Shown: in pieces, positions 15,791 through 22,987 of the stretch
Layout: the number at the start of each line of letters is the position of its first letter
Position numbering within the stretch: position 1 is the stretch's first letter
From: a virus
Taxonomy: Duplodnaviria > Caudoviricetes
Virus record (IMG/VR): IMGVR_UViG_3300045580_000128
Coordinates: 1 to 33,377 of that record
DNA: 33,377 nt
Reading direction: 5' to 3' (one strand)
The notes under the pieces: generated by a model
What the model saw: the letters and a program-made list of their open reading frames with translations, nothing else
What the model was told of the DNA's origin: nothing
Databases searched by the model: none
Made by a program: the position numbers and the translations under genes

Positions 15791-15974
15791 TCGCGTGGAT
15801 AAAAACCTGTTCGCTTACTGTACGGTTGGTCACTGATACGATCCAGTTCCTACCGCTACCATCCTCACGCATGATAGAGTTGATGATGCCCACATGTACA
15901 CTACCCTTGGTGTCAACAACGCTACCATACTTACCTGTACGCATGGCGGAAAGAATCTTGTCAAGGCTATTCAT
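15786..15974 (-). CDS. hypothetical protein
   Basis: 62 aa; its stop codon lies within repeat copy 9. Confidence 0.7.
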   Translation of the reverse strand: MNSLDKILSAMRTGKYGSVVDTKGSVHVGIINSIMREDGSGRNWIVSVTNRTVSEQVFIHAT

Positions 15975-15998
15975 TTGTATATCCTAGATAGGTTACGC

Positions 15999-16169
15999 TT
16001 ACCAAATCACCAAACCGTTTTCTTCTGGAAGTGGGGCTGTACAGGCGAACACCTCGCCAAACTTATATCCCCATTTCTCCGTTGCTAGTGTACGGGCGTC
16101 AACCCAATCTTTAGCGAATACTGTACCCAAACGCTTAGCATCAACAGCACGATACATGTAGAAAACCAT
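15999..16169 (-). CDS. small protein, paralog of 14344-14496 (not in ORF track)
   Basis: MVFYMYRAVDAKRLGTVFAKDWVDARTLATEKWGYKFGEVFACTAPLPEENGLVIW*; promoter TTGACG-N17-TATAAT upstream. Confidence 0.8.
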   Translation of the reverse strand: MVFYMYRAVDAKRLGTVFAKDWVDARTLATEKWGYKFGEVFACTAPLPEENGLVIW

Positions 16170-16229
16170 TTTCTTTCTCTCTTTCTCTTTCCAATATTAT
16201 ACCAAACTTTTCCCGCCCGTCAACCCCTC

Positions 16230-16454
16230 TTATCGGGGGAGAGCAATCATTCCGTTGAAGTGGGAAAACGTAAGGGTCAAAGCCTGACCGGGATACTTAT
16301 TGTTGATGTACACTTGAGCAGTGCTTTTCCGATTATCTGTAGCACCAACATACTGAACAACCGTACCAGTGGAATCCGTAACCTTCCACACTTTCTTTTG
16401 AGCAATCTTGGGGAGGCTGTTGATGAAGCTGTTGATGTGAGTAGCGTTTTTCAT
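16230..16454 (-). CDS. hypothetical protein, first gene of the early array
   Basis: 74 aa; composite promoter at 16491-16532. Confidence 0.7.
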   Translation of the reverse strand: MKNATHINSFINSLPKIAQKKVWKVTDSTGTVVQYVGATDNRKSTAQVYINNKYPGQALTLTFSHFNGMIALPR

Positions 16455-16549
16455 TTTCTTTCCTTTTCTTCTCTTTTCCTTTGATGCTTAATTATACCAA
16501 TATCATCGGCAGAAGTCAAGCCCTCTCTTTAGAATAATTTTGGATTTTC

Positions 16550-16661
16550 CCTAAGTCATTATCCCATAAGGAGTTACGTCAAAAAGATTTTTTTCTCTGT
16601 AGAATGGACACTCTGGATCGTGAGAATGTGAGCGTAAGTCATTGGTATATATAGACTTATG
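16550..16661. repeat. two 29-bp dyads with non-canonical 54-bp spacing
   Basis: CCTAAGTCATT-ATCCCAT-AAGGAGTTACG (16550-16578) and CGTAAGTCATT-GGTATAT-ATAGACTTATG (16633-16661), followed by an inverted GC core GCGGGGCGGGG. Confidence 0.75.
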
Positions 16662-16830
16662 ACACGCGGGGCGGGGTAGGAATGCAGAATGTTAAGATAG
16701 GTAGATTGGGGAAGGTGGGGGTTTTATCTTATAAATGTTAAGCTGGATAATCTAGGAAAAATCGATGGGTGGTTCTTTCACAATAACCAATAATTATCTT
16801 TAAGTATTACCCAATCCTCCCCCTTCGCCC

Positions 16831-18003
16831 CTATCGCTTCAAAGACCCTTGATAGATTATTGATTCTTTACCAAGATTGCTCTTGAAAACTACGGTAACG
16901 TTATTGTATCGCTTAGTCATCCACCTTTTGATATAAACGCTTAAGTACCCTGACACATTAGACTCATACCTTACGGCATTATTGATTTTAATTGTTAATC
17001 TACCAGCCCCGTCTTGAGTCTGCGTTTTAACGTAATGTTTGTTTACTGAAACTACGTGCGCACGGCTCTCAACTATTGGCGGTGGTGGCTGAATTGGCAT
17101 GATATCTGGCTTTGGAACCATATTTAATCCCAATGCCCCTTGAACATCTAAGTATCCGTAGGCTACTTTGTCTACCAATCCAGCTACCATCTTCGCCGTA
17201 GATAATATTGCCCACTTAATCTGATTTGCCCCATAGTTAACGTTTATGTTCTTTAGCATTGCTACTGCTGCGCTAATGTTTGGAGCCGCCATACTAGTTC
17301 CACTAATTGTTCCGTAATTATTTCCAGGAAGTGTTGAATACGCCGTTCCAATCGCCCCAATCTCCACGCTATTTTTTCCATAATTAGAATATCCTGCTAG
17401 AGTCATGTCAGAGTTGAGTCCAGCCACACTAATAGTATTGTTGAACTTATATGACGAAGGATATCGTGGCAGAGTATCATTATTGGACGAATTGTTTCCA
17501 GCAGCTATTACTACCACTATACCATTATCACTAGCCCGCTTAATAGCATTCGATAATACTAGCGAGGATGATGTTCCACCTCCCCAACTAAGATTAATAG
17601 CGGCAACATTGTGTCCACGCAACTTCATATTTGTAGCATAATTAATAGCAGTTGCAGCCGCCCCCGTATATCCCAATCCTTGATAGTTTTGGAACTTAAG
17701 GGGCATTAATGTGACGGTATTTTTACTAACAGAATCCACTATCCCCGCAATGTGCGTTCCGTGATAAAAATCATCCTGTGGAATATTGTCGTTATTTGCA
17801 AAATCCCACCCATGAATATCGTCAACGTACCCGTTATTGTCGTTATCAATTCCGTCTACTTTTTCACTAGTATTTGTCCATATATTCTCTGATAAGTCTT
17901 TATGATTAAGATCTATGCCAGAATCAACAAAAGCCACAATAGCACCAGTTAGCGCAAGTCTATTCTCTAGATTTTCAATATGTAATTTAGCATCCTTGCC
18001 CAT
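16831..18003 (-). CDS. subtilisin-like serine protease (peptidase S8) with planctomycete-type N-terminal motif
   Basis: Catalytic FVDSGID, HGTHIAG, AAGN, GTSMAAP; N-terminal LHIENLENRLALT. Confidence 0.92.
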   Translation of the reverse strand: MGKDAKLHIENLENRLALTGAIVAFVDSGIDLNHKDLSENIWTNTSEKVDGIDNDNNGYVDDIHGWDFANNDNIPQDDFYHGTHIAGIVDSVSKNTVTLMPLKFQNYQGLGYTGAAATAINYATNMKLRGHNVAAINLSWGGGTSSSLVLSNAIKRASDNGIVVVIAAGNNSSNNDTLPRYPSSYKFNNTISVAGLNSDMTLAGYSNYGKNSVEIGAIGTAYSTLPGNNYGTISGTSMAAPNISAAVAMLKNINVNYGANQIKWAILSTAKMVAGLVDKVAYGYLDVQGALGLNMVPKPDIMPIQPPPPIVESRAHVVSVNKHYVKTQTQDGAGRLTIKINNAVRYESNVSGYLSVYIKRWMTKRYNNVTVVFKSNLGKESIIYQGSLKR

Positions 18004-18102
18004 GATTCCCTCCTTGTATTATATAATACGTTTGTTAACTAGATTTGGATCAAACAGTGTTATTCCCCGTGTTACCGTGTATTATATAGCAGGAGTATTA
18101 AT

Positions 18103-18267
18103 ATGATTAAAAAGCAACAAATCGAAACGCAACTGGATTGCAGGGCTACAGCCGCTTTGCGAAACGAAATAGTCGAAGATTTATCCAAGCCCGATAAGCC
18201 TATTAGCACGGTTTTAGAGGTAAAGGACAAGGATGAATCTGAAAACAACAACGAACAAGGCGATTGA
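18103..18267 (+). CDS. small hypothetical protein (not in ORF track)
   Basis: MIKKQQIETQLDCRATAALRNEIVED...*; AGGAG RBS. Confidence 0.55.
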   Translation: MIKKQQIETQLDCRATAALRNEIVEDLSKPDKPISTVLEVKDKDESENNNEQGD

Positions 18268-19009
18268 GCTAGCTCGCATAGATTACGAAGACAATATAGA
18301 GCTTCTTGGCGTTTACGGGCTATGCGATGTTAACCAGCCCCTTTCTTACGCCATTAAAAATAAGACCATAACGGACTGTAATTGTTTTAGTCACGTATTT
18401 GGTAATGATTGTCGCTTTTTCTACGCTCTAGAGCAAGTTAAGAATAATAAGGTTATAAAGTACGAGCGTGGCATTGGGTACTTGGCTGATAAAAACGGCA
18501 AAACTGTTATTGTCAGAGAAATCCCAATAGCTACTGGTTCTGATCCATCTAATCAAATGCCATGCATAGGTGGATGTACGCCCTTTAGATGCACAGACTG
18601 TGATTATCTCATAGCTTATTCTACAGTTCCTCAACTATATGTTGAAAACTTATTAGAGTCTCATTCACTAATTACGTCCATAGCCCCTTTTACGCCGCAC
18701 TCTTTTGCGGTTTCTGAAGATTCTTTAGTTGGAAGACTAAGCGATGGATTACAATCTTTATCTCTTAATAACGCTATGTTTGTGGAAAGGTTATGGAGTT
18801 CCTTATCAAGCTTTACTAAACAAGTGATTCTTAAAACTAGCAAATTAGATGTTAAGAAACTAGCAACAAGCGTATTACAATTTGTTCCATCTGGTAAGTC
18901 TGGAGCCAAAAAGGGTTGCTTTATCTATGATAAGACGGACGATAATCTTAAGTATTACGATGGAGAGAAATGGAGATCTTTAGTTTGGAAGGAAGACATT
19001 GAAGAATGA
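18233..19009 (+). CDS. hypothetical protein, possibly virion-associated
   Basis: 258 aa; C-terminal GCFIYDKTDDNLKYYDGEKW resembles a tail-fibre-type motif. Confidence 0.7.
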   Translation: MNLKTTTNKAIELARIDYEDNIELLGVYGLCDVNQPLSYAIKNKTITDCNCFSHVFGNDCRFFYALEQVKNNKVIKYERGIGYLADKNGKTVIVREIPIATGSDPSNQMPCIGGCTPFRCTDCDYLIAYSTVPQLYVENLLESHSLITSIAPFTPHSFAVSEDSLVGRLSDGLQSLSLNNAMFVERLWSSLSSFTKQVILKTSKLDVKKLATSVLQFVPSGKSGAKKGCFIYDKTDDNLKYYDGEKWRSLVWKEDIEE

Positions 19010-19512
19010 AAATACCCAAGAACATGACAGAACAAGAGGTGGTTCATCAAATAAATACCGTAGTAAACAGAATAGCATCTAAATATACGTTTTATGGATA
19101 TGAGGTTGATGATATAAAACAAGAAGCTTTTATTATATGTATGGACGCTCTAGACAGATATGACAACAAACGCCCCTTAGAGAATTTCCTATCGGTCCAC
19201 CTATCTAATCGCTTAAAGAATTTTATTAGAGACAATTATTTTACTAAAGACGAAGAAGAAAAGAAAAAGGTATTAAAGCCTAAAAGCTTATCTTCAGAAG
19301 AGTACATTCCGGTAAACAAACATCAAGAAAATCATGACGTTAATATAGATGCTAAGCATATGCAAAATATACTAAATAAGCATTTGCCATCTACCTACCG
19401 CGCCGACTATCTTAAGCTCATCAACGATGTATATGTTCCTAAAAAGCGGAGAGAAGAAGTTATAGAATTAATTAAAGAATTGATTGAAAGGCACGTTCAT
19501 GAAGAAGGGTAG
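19006..19512 (+). CDS. RNA polymerase sigma-factor-like protein (region 2)
   Basis: DDIKQEAFIICMDALDRYD..LENFLSVHLSNRLKNFIRD matches the sigma70 region 2 pattern. Confidence 0.75.
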   Translation: MKIPKNMTEQEVVHQINTVVNRIASKYTFYGYEVDDIKQEAFIICMDALDRYDNKRPLENFLSVHLSNRLKNFIRDNYFTKDEEEKKKVLKPKSLSSEEYIPVNKHQENHDVNIDAKHMQNILNKHLPSTYRADYLKLINDVYVPKKRREEVIELIKELIERHVHEEG

Positions 19513-20284
19513 ACTTTCCAAAGAAGAAATTAGGTTTATTTCTAATAATATAGATAACCTTACGGTAGACGATATTGCTAAGAAGCTCGACAGAGATGTT
19601 GAGTCTATAGACTCTTTTGTTAAAAGAAAGCTCAAACGCGGACTGTCATTAGAAGAAGAGGCTGCTTTTGAATTAGAAGATCGCCCGTACTGGATAGAGT
19701 TAGAAAATCAGTTTACCTCTGAAGAGTTGGAACTATTTAAATATCATTGGACTAGAATTATCGCACAGTTTAAAGATGACGTTTTTCCAACAGAAGAACT
19801 ACAAGTTGTGGATGTTATCAAGCTAGAAATACTCATGAATAGATGTTTAAAGAGTAATAAAGATAATCTTAATGAGATGAACATGCTTGAAAAACTTATT
19901 CGTGACGAAAGGGCGCTAGATAAGGATCAGCGTGACCAAGATTATTTAATGAATCTTGAGAGACAGATGGCAGCTTTAAGGGCGAGTCAAGAAAGTCTTA
20001 ACCGCGATTACCGCGAACTACAAACTAAGAAAGCAGCTATGTTAAGAGAAATGAAAGGTACTAGAGAGCAGAGAATCAAAAGATTAGAAGACTCTAAACA
20101 AAGCTTCACATCTTGGATAGCTAGTTTAATACAAGATCCAGAGAAGATGAAACGTTACGGTATTGAGATGGAGAAAATGAGATTGGCTATGTTGAAAGAA
20201 AAGGAACGCTTAAGCGCGTTCCATAAATATGAAGACGGGGTAATTGATCAACCATTCTTAACACCAGATACAATTAAAGACTAA
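19499..20284 (+). CDS. HTH plus coiled-coil protein, putative terminase small subunit
   Basis: N-terminal HTH-like LTVDDIAKKLDRDVESI and a long coiled coil. TerS role is inferred from position only. Confidence 0.45.
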   Translation: MKKGRLSKEEIRFISNNIDNLTVDDIAKKLDRDVESIDSFVKRKLKRGLSLEEEAAFELEDRPYWIELENQFTSEELELFKYHWTRIIAQFKDDVFPTEELQVVDVIKLEILMNRCLKSNKDNLNEMNMLEKLIRDERALDKDQRDQDYLMNLERQMAALRASQESLNRDYRELQTKKAAMLREMKGTREQRIKRLEDSKQSFTSWIASLIQDPEKMKRYGIEMEKMRLAMLKEKERLSAFHKYEDGVIDQPFLTPDTIKD

Positions 20285-20296
20285 TTAGGAGAACAC

Positions 20297-21385
20297 ATGA
20301 AAACTGCGATTATATTTGGAGTAACGGGACAAGATGGAAGCCACTTAGCAGACCTTCTATTATCAAAAGATTATAGCAAGGTAGTTGGGGTAATGCGACG
20401 ATCTAGCGTTGACACAGCACAAAGAATAAAACATTTAAGTTCTGATAGCAGATTCAAGCTTGTTGAGGGGGATATTACTGACTCTTATAGTGTCTTGAAT
20501 CTACTTCGGAGTAACGAAGATGTAGATGAAATCTATAACTTGGCAGCGCAGTCTCATGTAGGAACATCTTTTAAACAGCCAGCTATTACCTGGGATATTA
20601 CCGGTAAAGGTTGTATTAATATTCTACAGACAATAGTAGATTTAGATATGTTTCAGTCTAGATTCTACCAAGCCTCTTCCAGCGAAATGTTTGGTGATTC
20701 TTACGATATTGGTCCAGATGGCACAAAGTTTCAGAACGAAAATACTAAGTTTTTACCACAATCGCCATACGCTATAGCTAAATGCGCTGCCCATTATGCC
20801 GTAAGACTATTCAGAGAAGCTTACAATCTTCATGCAAGTGCTGGAATTCTGTTTAATCATGAAGGCCCGCGCAGAGGCGACAACTTTGTAACCAAAAAGA
20901 TAACAAATTGGATTGTAGATTTCTATTACTGGCTTAAGAATAATAAGCTTGATATAAAAGATCTAAACTACGATACAGATTATATATACGGTAGAGTGCT
21001 TGGCGAAAGTATGCCTAAATTAAGATTAGGCAATTTAGACTCATTTAGAGATTGGGGATACGCTGGAGATTACGTAGAAGCTATGTGGCTAATGCTACAG
21101 CAAGAAATTCCAGATGATTATGTTATCTGTACAGGTAAAACATATAAAGTTAGAGATTTCTTAGATTTTGCATTTCACAGAATTAGCATAAATGATTGGT
21201 CAAATTTAGTTGTAGTAGATAAGGAGTTTTACAGGCCAGCAGAAGTAGACTATTTACGTGGAGACTGCTCTAAGGCCAATAATAAGCTAGGATGGACGCC
21301 AAAGTATGATCTACCAGACTTAGTATCTCTTATGATAAGCGATAGGTTAAATGAAAAACTACCGATTAATGCTAGACATATCTAG
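20297..21385 (+). CDS. gmd: GDP-mannose 4,6-dehydratase
   Basis: GVTGQDGSHL, YNLAAQSHV, YQASSSEMFG, SPYAIAK, GILFNHEGPRRG, RDWGYAGDYV. Confidence 0.95.
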   Translation: MKTAIIFGVTGQDGSHLADLLLSKDYSKVVGVMRRSSVDTAQRIKHLSSDSRFKLVEGDITDSYSVLNLLRSNEDVDEIYNLAAQSHVGTSFKQPAITWDITGKGCINILQTIVDLDMFQSRFYQASSSEMFGDSYDIGPDGTKFQNENTKFLPQSPYAIAKCAAHYAVRLFREAYNLHASAGILFNHEGPRRGDNFVTKKITNWIVDFYYWLKNNKLDIKDLNYDTDYIYGRVLGESMPKLRLGNLDSFRDWGYAGDYVEAMWLMLQQEIPDDYVICTGKTYKVRDFLDFAFHRISINDWSNLVVVDKEFYRPAEVDYLRGDCSKANNKLGWTPKYDLPDLVSLMISDRLNEKLPINARHI

Positions 21386-21599
21386 AGTGTTTGATAAAAT
21401 CAAGCATTTGATTTTAAGATCATATAATTCACCCTTTCCTACTATTTTTATATCTGCAAATAATCCAGACGAGGCATGTAGATTAGCATTTGATCAATTG
21501 ATAAAGATCCTTATAGATCAAAATCCTTCTATTACTATGAGAATACTGTGTAGAAAACTAAAAAGAGAGTGTAGAATAGATAAAATATACCTTTTATGA
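21351..21599 (+). CDS. hypothetical protein
   Basis: 82 aa in a tightly packed operon. Confidence 0.65.
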   Translation: MKNYRLMLDISRVFDKIKHLILRSYNSPFPTIFISANNPDEACRLAFDQLIKILIDQNPSITMRILCRKLKRECRIDKIYLL

Positions 21600-21856
21600 A
21601 AAGAAATTATGATGATCCAGCCTATACAGCTTTTAGAAAAGCGGTTCTTAAACGCGATGGAAATAAGTGCATGATGCCTGGGTGTGGATATAGCAGAAAA
21701 TTACAGGTACATCACATTAGGAAGTGGTCTACAGCCTCTTCTTTGAGATATGAAGTATCTAATGGTATTAGTTTATGTACAAATTGCCACAAATCCATAA
21801 AAGGTAAAGAACATCATTATGAAACACTATTTATGGAGATTATAAATGGCATATAA
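21596..21856 (+). CDS. HNH endonuclease
   Basis: RDGNKC..C..LQVHHI..NGISLCTNCH. Confidence 0.88.
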   Translation: MKRNYDDPAYTAFRKAVLKRDGNKCMMPGCGYSRKLQVHHIRKWSTASSLRYEVSNGISLCTNCHKSIKGKEHHYETLFMEIINGI

Positions 21857-22346
21857 GCAAGCTCCAAATTTCACAGTAATTAAAGATACTAGAGAGCAAG
21901 ACGGTTATTTCTTCAGCGCGTTTAATACGTGCGCTGGCATGATAGAACACAAGCTAGATACCGGAGATTACACTATACAGGGGCTAGAAGACAAGGTTTG
22001 TATAGAAAGAAAGGGGTGTGTTGAAGAATTAGCAGTCAATCTTGGTCAAAAGAAATATGCTTTTCTTGATGAAATAGAGAGGATGGCTTCATTCCCTCAT
22101 AAATTTATTATACTAGAATTCTCATTAGAAGATTTAATTAAATTTCCAGAAGAAACACGTATACCAATTAAAAACAAGTCTTCTGTAAAAATTACTGGTA
22201 AATATATGTTAAAATGTTTAATAGAATTTCAACTTTATAATAATGTTAATGTTTTGTTCTGCGGAGATAAATATAATGCTTTTTTAGCAGTAAGTAGCAT
22301 CTTTAAAAGAGTAAATGAAATGTACACCATAGGGAGAAAAGAATAA
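21846..22346 (+). CDS. ERCC4-domain nuclease
   Basis: DTREQ, LDTGDY and IERK motifs. Confidence 0.82.
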   Translation: MAYKQAPNFTVIKDTREQDGYFFSAFNTCAGMIEHKLDTGDYTIQGLEDKVCIERKGCVEELAVNLGQKKYAFLDEIERMASFPHKFIILEFSLEDLIKFPEETRIPIKNKSSVKITGKYMLKCLIEFQLYNNVNVLFCGDKYNAFLAVSSIFKRVNEMYTIGRKE

Positions 22347-22987
22347 TGGCAGAGCCAGAACTACTAAAAGATTTTCACGATTATGGTGCTAATATCGCAT
22401 CTAGAGAGATATTCTTACATAATCACTATCACACAGAAGATAATGCAAATCCTGGAGTTGAGTACAGGATGTCAAATACGTTTCTTAAAAATCTTAGAGC
22501 ATTGGATACCAGATCTGATCAGCCAATTATTATACATATGCAAAGCATAGGTGGCGAATGGTCTGATGGAATGGCTATATATGACGCTATCACAATGTGC
22601 AGATCTTACGTGACCATTATTGCTTATGGCCAAGCGTCTTCTATGAGTAGCATCATATTACAAGCTGCTGATTATAGGCTCTTAACACCAAATACTCATT
22701 TTATGTGCCACTTTGGTTCTAGCGATATTAATATGGACTATCTTAGCGCTATGAATTATGCAGATTATGAAAAAAAGATGTGTGATGTTATGTTCAATAT
22801 ATATGCTAAGAGATGTGTAGATGGACCATTCTTCTATGAAAAATTTGGAAAGAAGCCTAGCGAAAAACAGGTGAAACAGTTCTTAATCAGAAAGTTCAAG
22901 TCTGGCGATTGGTATATGCACTCTGATGAGGCTCTATATTATGGATTTGCTGATAAGATTATAACAAACTGGCACCCTCTTTCATGA
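22346..22987 (+). CDS. ClpP-like peptidase (S14)
   Basis: SIGGE, GQASSMSSIILQA (Ser), FMCH (His), DWYMHSDEALYYGFAD. Confidence 0.85.
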   Translation: MAEPELLKDFHDYGANIASREIFLHNHYHTEDNANPGVEYRMSNTFLKNLRALDTRSDQPIIIHMQSIGGEWSDGMAIYDAITMCRSYVTIIAYGQASSMSSIILQAADYRLLTPNTHFMCHFGSSDINMDYLSAMNYADYEKKMCDVMFNIYAKRCVDGPFFYEKFGKKPSEKQVKQFLIRKFKSGDWYMHSDEALYYGFADKIITNWHPLS

